A stretch of 64,000 bases of DNA from IMG/VR virus record IMGVR_UViG_3300042866_001241; one strand, written 5' to 3'. The notes below the pieces were generated by a model that worked only from the letters and a program-made list of their open reading frames with translations, was not told the DNA's origin and did no database searches. Below are positions 15,440 through 24,912 of the stretch, one piece after another. The DNA is from an uncultured virus (IMG/VR IMGVR_UViG_3300042866_001241) (lineage: Duplodnaviria; Heunggongvirae; Uroviricota; Caudoviricetes). The translations under genes and the position numbers were made by a program. Each line of letters starts with the position of its first letter. The stretch's first letter is position 1.

Positions 15440-15910
15440 CTACTTCGACGCTTCAATGGCTGCAACGGTCCGGCGCTTCCGCTCCTCCATCGGTAGCTGT
15501 TCCCATCCTTCCGGCCGTATGATACCAGGTGTTGCAAACATCAGGCGCTCACGGTCCTTCTGTGCTTGCTCCTCGTCCGGGTTCATGCTTGCAATAGCTG
15601 CAAACATCCGCAACGCTCCCAACATCGCCCCTCCTCCGCTGTCCTCCTTGCTCCTCTGCTCCTTCACGATCTCCTGCCGTTGGGCCGCGAACGTGTCCCG
15701 GCTGACCTTCTCGCTCCCGGCCTGCCCTTTGGGGTCCATGGTCACTACATAGCCCAACGAACGGGCGGCCGCGTTCACATGGGCACTTGTTGTGCTGCTC
15801 CATTTCCCGTGCTGCATCACCTGGCGCTGTTCGTGGTCTATCGTGGCTACGTGTGTGCCGTAGCTGTAAACCTTGTTCCCTTCCGTGTGCGTGTTCTTTC
15901 TGCTGTTCAT
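15440..15910 (-). CDS. First early gene (YSYGTHVA...KWSSTTSAH motif family)
   Basis: 156 aa, motif common in phage early proteins. Confidence 0.7.
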   Translation of the reverse strand: MNSRKNTHTEGNKVYSYGTHVATIDHEQRQVMQHGKWSSTTSAHVNAAARSLGYVVTMDPKGQAGSEKVSRDTFAAQRQEIVKEQRSKEDSGGGAMLGALRMFAAIASMNPDEEQAQKDRERLMFATPGIIRPEGWEQLPMEERKRRTVAAIEASK

Positions 15911-15967
15911 GGCTGCTGTGTTGGTTGTTGCTGTTGCTGTTCATAGGGCGTCTGCCCCTATCGGGGG

Positions 15968-16026
15968 CGAATATATAGCGCGATAACTTAAGTTACTACG
16001 CACTGTGCAAAAAATAGTTATGAACA
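15968..16026 (-). promoter_or_regulatory. Early-region promoter with operator-like palindrome
   Basis: TATATTCG (-7 variant, 15968-15975), ATAACTTAAGTTAC (15983-15996), TTATGAACA (16018-16026). Confidence 0.6.
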
Positions 16027-16039
16027 ATAGTCCGTTCAC

Positions 16040-16790
16040 TATCCCGGCCCGCTCTCGTGACAAAACTTCCGCCCCCTGTCAAAATGTCGCCCCTACTTAA
16101 CATAATAATCAGCCGTCCGGCCGGTTAACTCGCTGGTTCTGAAGCGGTTACAAGATTATGGGCCGATATTATGTTAAGCGGCCGGCCGGCTTAGCTTTCC
16201 AACGGTCCGACCGGCTCCGGCCGGTGGCCGGTCGGCACCTGGTCCGGCCTAATGGCCTGACGATCAGCCCGTCCCACTTTCACCCCTTCCGGCCCCTTCC
16301 GGCCGTAGCTGTCCAACCTTGGGCCGGTCGGCGGTGCTGTTGTGCTCCTGGTGCCGTGCTGACCTGCCCACGATCAGCGGTTCACGGCCTGCCCGGTGCC
16401 GTCCTTGCCTGTCCTGTTCTGCTGGTTTCCCTTCCGGCCGGTGAACGGTGGCCGGTTTCCTTTCAAACATGCTCCCGGCCTGCCCGGTGCCGTTGGAAAG
16501 GGGGGCCGGTGGCCTGTGCTATGATGCGCGATCGGTGGCCGTCCGTCCGTGGTCCCCTTTTCCCGTTGGCCGGTCCGTCCGGCCGGCCGGTTCCCTTTGC
16601 GCGGGGGGTGGGGGGTAGCAAATTAGGGTACAGTACCATCCCCGGTCGGTTGGTCGGCTGGATTTTGAGGGCCGGTCGGCCGGTCGGTGTGGTGGTCGGT
16701 TGGTCGGCGGGTCGGTCGGTTGGGTGGTTTTTGAGACTGGTCGGTGGGATGGTTGATTGGTCGGGCTGGCTGGGTGGTTGAAGATAGGTG
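16040..16790. repeat. Non-coding GGCC/CCGG-rich and GGTC/GGTT-rich region at the strand switch
   Basis: Dense CCGGCC/GGCCGG words, inverted repeat CTTAACATAAT (16096-16106) / ATTATGTTAAG (16168-16178), G-run at about 16603-16616. Confidence 0.7.
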
Positions 16791-16847
16791 TAAGACAAAC
16801 GGGTAGAGTGGTTTGCGGGGTGTAGATTTGCGGGAAACGGGACGGTT

Positions 16848-17234
16848 ATGGGTAGCAGCAAGGAGTTAATGGGCGTGATACGGGAGGCTTTGGAAGAGAC
16901 GCGGCGGACTGGCGACGCATTCAAGATGACAGAAGCCCTTTCCGCGCTCGACCAACTGGAGGCACAGCAGCAGCCCAAGCGGTTGACGGATGCTGAGGTT
17001 GATCGAATCGTCAACGGGCAATTCACGCGGGAAATTGCATACGCCATACAACGTGAGGCATGGTCGAGCGCCCTGCGATACGCCCGTGATAATGGCTACT
17101 TCGGCGGCTTGAGCGTGGATGATGCCGTCAAGGTCGCATATGATTGGTTTGAAGGGCCGGTTGATAATGGGCCGGGGTCAGACTATGACAAGCTGCGCGC
17201 CCGCCTAACCGCCAAACTTCGGGGCATGGGTTGA
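16848..17234 (+). CDS. Hypothetical protein
   Basis: 128 aa, TAGATTTG promoter box at 16823-16830. Confidence 0.7.
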   Translation: MGSSKELMGVIREALEETRRTGDAFKMTEALSALDQLEAQQQPKRLTDAEVDRIVNGQFTREIAYAIQREAWSSALRYARDNGYFGGLSVDDAVKVAYDWFEGPVDNGPGSDYDKLRARLTAKLRGMG

Positions 17235-17367
17235 AGGTATTGGTGAGTTCGTGGCCGCACCAAGCGACGGAGCCGGAGGTACCCCGCGCCGTCTTAGCCC
17301 CCGGAACCCAAAGTGGACAGTCGGCAGAGTGAGTGCAGCACGGGACCACGGACCACCAACACACAGC

Positions 17368-17403
17368 GCAAGCCTCGGCAGGAATGTCGGGGCTTGTTGC
17401 TTT
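17368..17403 (+). terminator. Probable intrinsic terminator
   Basis: CAAGCCTCGGCA-ggaa-TGTCGGGGCTTG followed by TTGCTTT. Confidence 0.5.
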
Positions 17404-17456
17404 GGGGCGGAAAGGCTGAGAGGGGGATTATTCTGGCGTCCTTAGGTTTGGGGGCG

Positions 17457-17690
17457 ATGGGAGGCAACAGGGACAGATATGACCGGTATAGGGGGAGGGG
17501 GAGGGGAGGAGGTGTGCGGTGCTGGCATGTGTATCCTATTGGGGATAGGAAGGAACACGAGATGGAGGGAGGGGAGTGTGGGTGCTTCCCCAGGGTGGTG
17601 GTGGATGGGGACGGGGATATACTCGTCTTGCACAACAGCTTCGATGGAAGGGAGTTGAGCGGAGGGGAGTGGAACGAAAGGCTGAATTAG
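17457..17690 (+). CDS. Small His/Cys phage protein
   Basis: HVYPIGDRKEH...CGCFP...HNSFDGRE, TAGGTTTG box at 17443-17450. Confidence 0.65.
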   Translation: MGGNRDRYDRYRGRGRGGGVRCWHVYPIGDRKEHEMEGGECGCFPRVVVDGDGDILVLHNSFDGRELSGGEWNERLN

Positions 17691-19693
17691 GCTACTCGCA
17701 GCATCACGACTGGAGCAGTTGCTCCGTTGAGCGTTGCTGCTGGTGCAGGGTTCGGGAGTCCGGATGCGTATGTCACCGTTGCTCGACGAACCGTGGAGAG
17801 TGTTGCGCCGCCCGCTGCGGGATGTGCGAGTTGGATCAAGCCGCCTACGGCAATACCACGGACGGTGGTGGTGGATGAAAAATGCACAGCAAGCCAGTAC
17901 GGGGTTCCTGCGACGAAGGTGAATGTTGCCGCCTCGAACTTGACTCCGTTTGAAGCGCCATCAATGTTGCCGGTTCCCAGCAAAAGGGCGTTTGGTATTC
18001 CGGCAAGGTCGGAGTAGATGCCGATCTTGAGTTGGCTGGCAGCGATAAGGGTTGTTACCTCAAGAGCAAGACGGTCGATTGTGAAGGTTTTGGCCGGAAC
18101 GAATGGGTAGAAGTCTATTCTCCCTGCCGCGCCTCCGATCGTCGCAAGGGCAAGCGAAACAACGGTCGGAATAACGTAGTTGCCAGACGGAGGTACGTGC
18201 GGTACGTGTATGCCGGTAAAGCCGTAGGACAACCCGCCCGTTGCCCCGCTGTCTGCACGGAGCACTGCTCCATTGGTTCCGGCCTGAAGCCTGAATGGTG
18301 TGTTGTCCGCCGATGCGGTGATCAGGTCGCCCTTGGCGTCCAGCAAGGCAATGGGTACGGATGCCGCCGCCGCAGCGTTCGCCTTGGTGGTTGCATCCGT
18401 TGCTGCCGCCGCAATCGCCGCAGACTGTGCTGCCGCCGCGCTACCTGCCGCGTCGAAGTCTCCAGTGTTGGCCGTTGCTGCCGTTTTAAGTCCCAGCGCA
18501 GTTCGTGCGTTTGCAGGTGTACGATTCTCCCAAACGCTGTCTACTGCGTTCCAATACACTCCACAGGTATTGGTGGCTGGTGTTGTGATGCGAACATCAT
18601 GCAGTTCCTCCAATTCAAATCCGTTCAACGGATCAACGTAGATGATGCCAGCACCTCCAGATTTCTTGATGCAGTAGCCAACCCGTACCATGTGGTCAGG
18701 GGCTACTGGCTTGACGTTGGTGATCTGTCCAGCCACGGTTGGAGACAGATACAAGACGTCCCCCTCGTTAAAGGAGTTGGTATTGATGCTCCTTATTAGA
18801 CCGCGTGTAATGACATAACCACTGGAATTGTTTCCAATTGTTTCGGCCACCAAGCCGATGGTCTCTGCGCTGTTGGGATCTCCATCGGCCTGTGCATATG
18901 CGATCTTCAGTCTTGTTCCGCTTGATCCGTTGACCCTGATCACCTGACCCTTGGTCATCGGGCTACCGGTGTCGTTGTAGCACAACACATGAAGGTCGGT
19001 GCCGATCAAAGCAGCGACATTGCCTCCGGCCAGACCAACTTGAGGTGAACCCTCGGTGCTGTCCCACAGCATACGGCCAGCGGCGGGTGCGCTGGTCGGG
19101 GTGGTGTCAAAGTCTATCGCGTCAACCTGACCCAGCTTGCCGTTGTCGTCCAGCAGAACCGTGCTGTTCTGGATCAGCTTGCCCGTGGTGAGGTTGTACC
19201 TAGTTATGGCGTTGTCTGTTGCCGATGCTGGGCCAACAACGTCTCCTGCGGTCGGGTCTGGCTTCCACAGCTTGTTCCCGGCCGCATCCGTTCCGTATAC
19301 GTGATCAGGGCCGGGGGCAGGATCATCACCTACGAATTGGATCTGCCCTCCGTCGTACTCGATGGAGTTCTTGACGCTCACGGAGCCTGGCGCTACGGGG
19401 AAGGCTCGGATGATGGGCTGGATGTCGGCTACGGCTTGCTTGGCACCCTTGTCATCCGCCGTCCAGGTAGGCTGGTTGTTGATGACATCGAGAGGACCGA
19501 TTTTGAAGGTTCCTCCGAGTGCTTCGCGTGCGTTCCCGGTAAGGGTGAGTTCTACGAAGTACTGCGTAGCGCCTCCGGTGGTGGAGGGCGGGTTGGTGAC
19601 GTATCGCGCTTGGATGATGTCCACCCCTTGAAAGGCGAGGCTGAAGCCGTTCTCTGAGATGACGATACGGGAGGGGTGCAAAGTGACGATCAT
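17687..19693 (-). CDS. Fibre/decoration-like virion protein
   Basis: G/A/T-rich, GDVVGPASATDNAI..., DAKGDLI... modules typical of phage fibres. Probable start MIVTLH after TATCTTCG. Confidence 0.7.
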   Translation of the reverse strand: MIVTLHPSRIVISENGFSLAFQGVDIIQARYVTNPPSTTGGATQYFVELTLTGNAREALGGTFKIGPLDVINNQPTWTADDKGAKQAVADIQPIIRAFPVAPGSVSVKNSIEYDGGQIQFVGDDPAPGPDHVYGTDAAGNKLWKPDPTAGDVVGPASATDNAITRYNLTTGKLIQNSTVLLDDNGKLGQVDAIDFDTTPTSAPAAGRMLWDSTEGSPQVGLAGGNVAALIGTDLHVLCYNDTGSPMTKGQVIRVNGSSGTRLKIAYAQADGDPNSAETIGLVAETIGNNSSGYVITRGLIRSINTNSFNEGDVLYLSPTVAGQITNVKPVAPDHMVRVGYCIKKSGGAGIIYVDPLNGFELEELHDVRITTPATNTCGVYWNAVDSVWENRTPANARTALGLKTAATANTGDFDAAGSAAAAQSAAIAAAATDATTKANAAAAASVPIALLDAKGDLITASADNTPFRLQAGTNGAVLRADSGATGGLSYGFTGIHVPHVPPSGNYVIPTVVSLALATIGGAAGRIDFYPFVPAKTFTIDRLALEVTTLIAASQLKIGIYSDLAGIPNALLLGTGNIDGASNGVKFEAATFTFVAGTPYWLAVHFSSTTTVRGIAVGGLIQLAHPAAGGATLSTVRRATVTYASGLPNPAPAATLNGATAPVVMLRVA

Positions 19694-20236
19694 GGGGACG
19701 AAGATAATTTTTGCAGGAGGGTGTTGGTTGTAACGATTTCGTGTGTATGTTTGCACCGACATAAGGTGATAGCGCACCTCACGAAGCTCGGTCCCTCGGG
19801 ATCATGAAGGCCGGAAAGTTGCGCTATCAACTTCTCCGGCCTTCGCCGTTCTTTGAGGTACTGGTGAGTAGTGACCACGTAACAGGGTTGTGGTTGCAAT
19901 GGTGCGTGTAACGTCTAACGCCAAGAAGCACACATCTACTCACATCAGTACCTGAAAGAAGCGGCTACCCTTCGATGGGAGAAGCGCCACACAGGGAGTA
20001 GAAACTCTGGGCAGCATCGCTGAGGTTCGGCCTCTGGTGATTCTGGCGTGTAGGCACGCGGCTGACCGAGCGACGAAGCGACCGACCGACGGCAGGCTTT
20101 GAAGCGAGGCTTTCTTACATCCCACAGGAGTGCAGAAGCACACAACAAGCCTGGTGGGGGGTAAGGGGGGCTTCCCTTCACTCCTCTCTCCCTCCCTCTG
20201 ACAGTTAAAACTTCAGATTCATCAGTTAGGAGTGAA

Positions 20237-20422
20237 ATGTCTACCAGGATACCGATTCCAAGGTCAGTGACAGAGTTTGAGCGACTCACTCCCGAGCGTG
20301 CGAGGATTGTCCGGCTTAGGGCCATTCACCTCAATAGGCACAAGTCTGTCGGATCATCAGGTTCTCACACTACTGTGTGCAAACAGGAAAAGTGTCAGCA
20401 CCCTGCTTGCATGTGCTTCTGA
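20237..20422 (+). CDS. Small Cys/His hypothetical protein
   Basis: 61 aa ending CKQEKCQHPACMCF. Confidence 0.35.
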   Translation: MSTRIPIPRSVTEFERLTPERARIVRLRAIHLNRHKSVGSSGSHTTVCKQEKCQHPACMCF

Positions 20423-20446
20423 TCACTACCTTCATCGCCACCTACC

Positions 20447-20689
20447 ATGAGCAAACTATACAACCTCCTCCGCTGGCCTTGGACGCCGTGGGTCGATGTG
20501 CAGACCTTCACGCATGGGTACGAGGCCTATGTGCTCCAAGGGCGACGCAACCGCATCACTGGCCGCAGCCAGTTCGCAGTGCGGGCAATGCGCCAGTGGT
20601 ATCGGGCGGTATATCCTGGAAACGTGACCCAAGAGCAACTCCAAAAGGCTGGCCTTTGGATCCAACCACAGCAACAACCTACCACATGA
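20447..20689 (+). CDS. Hypothetical protein
   Basis: 80 aa, ATGA overlap with next gene. Confidence 0.6.
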   Translation: MSKLYNLLRWPWTPWVDVQTFTHGYEAYVLQGRRNRITGRSQFAVRAMRQWYRAVYPGNVTQEQLQKAGLWIQPQQQPTT

Positions 20690-21150
20690 GCAAAGACTCC
20701 CTTCTCCTTCAGAGCCTCAAGCCGGTACCTATCGGCTCAGAGCAGCGCCTTCGTCGCATCAAGAACGCCTGTGAAGAGGCGTTCCGGAACGTTGCAGGCA
20801 GCAGCATCGAGTGCAACGTGTTCTTCTTCGACCAGAACGACCCCGGGGGAACTACGGGCTTCAATTTCATGTGCAGCCACACCGGAGCGGCCTTTAACAT
20901 CAACATGTTGATGGACTGGATGGGATCACCGGACCCCATCAAGGAGAAGGTGCGCGAGTTGATGAACGACAACATGGTGCTGCTGGGGATGCTGAAGATG
21001 AAAGACGCCGCTGCTCAGCAGGGCATCGAGTTCCCCAAGGAGAACCAAGGCATCATCGACGAGATCCAGAAGAAATACGGCATCGGACAGGCGGCTCCCG
21101 AACCAGTGATCCTTGACATTGATGGAAGCGGACCTCAACAAGCCGGATGA
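20686..21150 (+). CDS. Hypothetical protein
   Basis: MSKDSLLL..., genome-typical codon usage. Confidence 0.7.
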   Translation: MSKDSLLLQSLKPVPIGSEQRLRRIKNACEEAFRNVAGSSIECNVFFFDQNDPGGTTGFNFMCSHTGAAFNINMLMDWMGSPDPIKEKVRELMNDNMVLLGMLKMKDAAAQQGIEFPKENQGIIDEIQKKYGIGQAAPEPVILDIDGSGPQQAG

Positions 21151-21859
21151 TGACCAAAGGATAGTAGGGAACAACCCCTACCTTGACTTTGATCACATCA
21201 TCGAGCAGCGAAAAGCTGCCGGCGTCACGCTTGAGTACCTGTCCCGCATTTCCAAAGAGGTTTCTGAGTACGACCCGTACGTCCGGCCGATGGAGCCGGA
21301 CGACTTCAGGGCCATCGAGAAAGATATGACACGCGGGATACACCCGCACACCGTCACCTATGCCAGGCTGATGGGCACCGACATCGCTATCATGGATAGG
21401 GAGGTCAATGTGCCACCGTTGCAGATCAAAGGGGAGCCTGCCCAATCAATTCCCAAGGGCTTCAAGAAGGTCAGCCTGAACGCGATGGACACTACCAAGT
21501 GGGTCATCCGGAGGATCGACGTGTACATGGAGGACTTGGAGCAGTACCGCACCAAGCTGGAGGGTCACAAGCTCAAGATGAGCAGCGACAAGAGCATCAG
21601 GGCTAAAGCCAAGCAGTTGCTCAAGACCATCATCCCTTTCCGTAGGTACACGATGTTCGTCAGGAAGGTGGACGAGCAGACTGAGTTGTTCGATGCGATA
21701 CTCAAGATCGAGGAGCACCGGAAGAAGCTCATGGCAGAGGAGGTGTTCTCCAAAAGGCACATGCTGGCGATATTCAGGGTGCGTAAGTTCAAGAGATTGG
21801 CACGCAAAGCCTTGTCTGCCAAGAGGAAATTGTTTGAACCAACGCTGGGAAACTCGTAG
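21122..21859 (+). CDS. Basic hypothetical protein
   Basis: About 245 aa, K/R-rich C-terminal half. Confidence 0.7.
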   Translation: MEADLNKPDDDQRIVGNNPYLDFDHIIEQRKAAGVTLEYLSRISKEVSEYDPYVRPMEPDDFRAIEKDMTRGIHPHTVTYARLMGTDIAIMDREVNVPPLQIKGEPAQSIPKGFKKVSLNAMDTTKWVIRRIDVYMEDLEQYRTKLEGHKLKMSSDKSIRAKAKQLLKTIIPFRRYTMFVRKVDEQTELFDAILKIEEHRKKLMAEEVFSKRHMLAIFRVRKFKRLARKALSAKRKLFEPTLGNS

Positions 21860-21892
21860 TAGGTTTGCTGCGAACGAAACACACTCGCAGAC

Positions 21893-22225
21893 ATGATCAT
21901 CCAGTTCCAACCCACCGGCGCACTGGTCAACCTCGACCACCTCACGCCCAATGGTGTTAAGGCCGGCGTAACCCCCGCCTTCCCCGTCATCGAACCCAAC
22001 CAGTTCGGCGGAAACCTGACCTCCGGCAACTTCGCGTACTTCAACGCAGCAGCCGGTGTTGCCCGCGTGTACTGGAATACGGTGTCCAACGCCGTGAGCC
22101 AGATCTGGCAGATGGACAACAACGCCGCCATCGACACGCTGATGCAGACCATCAACACGGCGCTCACCGCCAGCGATGCGTTCATCATCGTGGGCAGCGA
22201 CGGTGCCCTCTACACCGGATCGTAA
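21893..22225 (+). CDS. Hypothetical, possibly virion protein
   Basis: 110 aa, TAGGTTTG box at 21860-21867. Confidence 0.7.
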   Translation: MIIQFQPTGALVNLDHLTPNGVKAGVTPAFPVIEPNQFGGNLTSGNFAYFNAAAGVARVYWNTVSNAVSQIWQMDNNAAIDTLMQTINTALTASDAFIIVGSDGALYTGS

Positions 22226-24408
22226 GGCATACAGACCACTACGTGACAGTGGTCGTCCGGGTCCGTGTAGTCACAGATGATGTTGAAGTGCCCTGACAGG
22301 TACTTGTTGAACTCCTCCCTGCTCCATTCACGGTAGTGGTGGATGTTCCTCGGAGGACCGTCCAAGTTGGCACCAGAGACAGAAGAGCGTTCCGGCGTAG
22401 AGATGATCACCATCTCTGGCCGGGCGCTCTTTATCGTTTCGAGCAGTTCGTCAGGGTCTTCGATGTGCTCGATGACATCTGAGCAGATGACCATGCTTGC
22501 CTTGGGAGCAATGTCGGACGGGGTGAGCACCTGGAAGTCGGTGTTCTCTTTCAGCCAGGTAGCTGTTGGCTCTACCTCCATGACCGATACGTCCTTGCCT
22601 CCGAAGTACTTCCTGAGCTTGTAGGCAGAGCCACACCCGATGTCGAGCACCTTGCCGGTCATTCGGCACCTGTGGTACACGTCCAAGGCGTTCTTGTAAA
22701 CGTGGTCCTGGAACTCGTCCTTGTTCGGGGTGTCGTCGTAGTGCGGAACGGTGTCCCGGTGCTGATACCCCTCCTTGATGCAGTACATCGACTGACCGGA
22801 TTGGATACGCATGCGCTTGAGGTCGCGCATCAGTTCCTTCTGCTGCTCTTCGCTGAGCTTCGCTGGCTTCTCTCCGGGCTTGGTGGGGACAAAATCGAAG
22901 TGGTGCTTGTTCTGAGCAACCCATTTCTCGACATCCTCCATGGTGTGCTTGATGCCGTCGAAGCCCGTGAACGACTTCCAGTTCAGGCGCTTGTAGGTGT
23001 ACGGCAGGGACATACGCGCTCTGCCTCGGTAGCGGATGTAATCGGGATGCACAGCACCCGGCCACGGTTTGAGGGAGTTGACATTGGCGGACGGTATGCC
23101 TACAACGTCCCAATTCATCTCCTTCGCATGGAGGTAGATGTCCATGTGGTCACCGCCGATTTTGAACGTTTCATCCCACTTCATCGACCGGATGATCTCG
23201 GTTCGGATGAGGGAGTAGTTCACGGTGAAGTCGCACGGGATGTACTCGATGTTCGTTCCGGCAATGCGGCACACCCTGCCGTTCCTCCATGCCGGTACCG
23301 CAACCACGTCCTTCGGAGTGTTTCCTGAGTGTGGATGCTGGATAAGGATGCCCTCATACGGCTCGTTGTTCATGCGTCCAGAGGCGATGCCTACGTTCGG
23401 GTCGCTGTCCATTACGGAGAACATCCTTCGTATGCCCTCGATAGTGTTGTCGTCCGCGAAGTCGAAGTCATCGGATGCTCGAAGGACGAACTCCCGGTCG
23501 TATTGCAGTGCAGCGAGGTTGTTCTTCGCAGCGTACCCGATGTCGTAGTCACACTCGATGACTACATGGCCTCGGCTCCGCAGGTCTTTGTAGTACGCGG
23601 ACTTCCCCTCATCCATCCAGCCGTCATCGAGCAGGATGATTCGAGCGCCTGGAAGGAAGTGTTCGATCGCCTTGGTGGTGCGGTACATGAAGCCGTCACG
23701 CAGGAACGTCTTCACCAGCACATCCATCCTGCTGAACATCGGGTCGGATGGTCCGACATTGTTCATGGACGGCTTGTTCAGCCATTCGTTGTGAGCAGCC
23801 TGCATCGCAATGATGCCAGGGTGCTCACAGGACAGGATAACGTCGTTGTCCTGACGCGGGCCTTCGTATGCTGAGATGTTCGAGGAGAGGGAGCGGATGA
23901 TGACGAATCGGTCATCGTTTTCAGGTGTGACCAACATGCGCCTCATGGACAGGCCCATGCACACATCCTCTGCGTGGCTGATATGGAACCTTTTGTCCTT
24001 CACGACGTAATCCATGGCCTTTCTGCTGAGCCAATACCCCATTCCTGAGCAATACCACGGGTCGCCCTGCTTCAGGCCGGCGCGTACCCGGCCACGGTAG
24101 TTCTGAGTAGGAAGAGATGACAGCAGGCGTTCGGGACGCAGGTACACATCGTCATCGGTCTTGAACACGTAGTCGTATCCCTGCTCCAATGCCCATTCGA
24201 GCATTGCTTGTACCTTGCGTGGCAGGGCTGCGTAGTTGTCGTCCACATCGAGCAGGACATCTCCCGATGTTCCAAGACTCTCACCGTGGCCGAGGAAGAA
24301 CCGGAGGTCTATGCCATCCGGCATTGGCTCTGATGCCCACGTTTCGAGTTGGGCAAGCATCCTGCTACGATACTTGTGGCAGGTCACAACGGCGATTAGT
24401 ACCTTCAT
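22210..24408 (-). CDS. Tri-domain GT31-like galactosyltransferase / GT2-like glycosyltransferase / SAM methyltransferase
   Basis: DDNYAALPRKV...YVFKTDDDVY...SGMGYWLS; VLVKTFLR...ILLDDG...SDDFDF; VLDIGCGS...CSDVIEHIEDP...ISTP. Confidence 0.85.
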   Translation of the reverse strand: MKVLIAVVTCHKYRSRMLAQLETWASEPMPDGIDLRFFLGHGESLGTSGDVLLDVDDNYAALPRKVQAMLEWALEQGYDYVFKTDDDVYLRPERLLSSLPTQNYRGRVRAGLKQGDPWYCSGMGYWLSRKAMDYVVKDKRFHISHAEDVCMGLSMRRMLVTPENDDRFVIIRSLSSNISAYEGPRQDNDVILSCEHPGIIAMQAAHNEWLNKPSMNNVGPSDPMFSRMDVLVKTFLRDGFMYRTTKAIEHFLPGARIILLDDGWMDEGKSAYYKDLRSRGHVVIECDYDIGYAAKNNLAALQYDREFVLRASDDFDFADDNTIEGIRRMFSVMDSDPNVGIASGRMNNEPYEGILIQHPHSGNTPKDVVAVPAWRNGRVCRIAGTNIEYIPCDFTVNYSLIRTEIIRSMKWDETFKIGGDHMDIYLHAKEMNWDVVGIPSANVNSLKPWPGAVHPDYIRYRGRARMSLPYTYKRLNWKSFTGFDGIKHTMEDVEKWVAQNKHHFDFVPTKPGEKPAKLSEEQQKELMRDLKRMRIQSGQSMYCIKEGYQHRDTVPHYDDTPNKDEFQDHVYKNALDVYHRCRMTGKVLDIGCGSAYKLRKYFGGKDVSVMEVEPTATWLKENTDFQVLTPSDIAPKASMVICSDVIEHIEDPDELLETIKSARPEMVIISTPERSSVSGANLDGPPRNIHHYREWSREEFNKYLSGHFNIICDYTDPDDHCHVVVCMPYDPV

Positions 24409-24449
24409 GTCCGCGAAGGTATCTACCTTAGGCGACACAACACAGCAAC

Positions 24450-24908
24450 ATGGCAACCAAGCAGGAGTTCATCAATGCCCTTGACGAAGCGTTCAAGGAT
24501 GACCGGGAGTTATATGAAAGCCAAGGCGGTGATCCATCCACATCGGCCCATTACTTCTTGGCCGAGAATGTATTCAACTTCACCCTGTACGATACGGCCA
24601 AGGATGTGCAGTGGTGTATGGAAATGCTATCGGTGATTCGGGCCATTTTGAATGGCACCACGTTCGACATGTTCCTCGACACGGCCAGCGGAGAAGTATA
24701 CCTGAAGATGGTGAATATGCCGTTCATGGATGGCCTGTTGGAATGGGGAGGCTCTATTCGCGGAGCATGGTTCGACACCCATGGCAACAAGCGTTTCTTC
24801 GAGTTCGGGAACGCCATCACCGTAGAACGATGCGACATCAAGGTGTTCATGGAAGCTCTCTTAGAATGGGCGGACATGAATCTTTGTAAGGCCCAACTTC
24901 TACCTTAG
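24450..24908 (+). CDS. Hypothetical phage protein
   Basis: 152 aa with LEWGGSIRGAWFD motif. Confidence 0.7.
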   Translation: MATKQEFINALDEAFKDDRELYESQGGDPSTSAHYFLAENVFNFTLYDTAKDVQWCMEMLSVIRAILNGTTFDMFLDTASGEVYLKMVNMPFMDGLLEWGGSIRGAWFDTHGNKRFFEFGNAITVERCDIKVFMEALLEWADMNLCKAQLLP

Positions 24909-24912
24909 CGAC

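Noticed and set aside
16158..17047. ORFs across the GC-rich repeat region
   Set aside because: Low-complexity P/R/G translations of repeats with no coding-like codon pattern.
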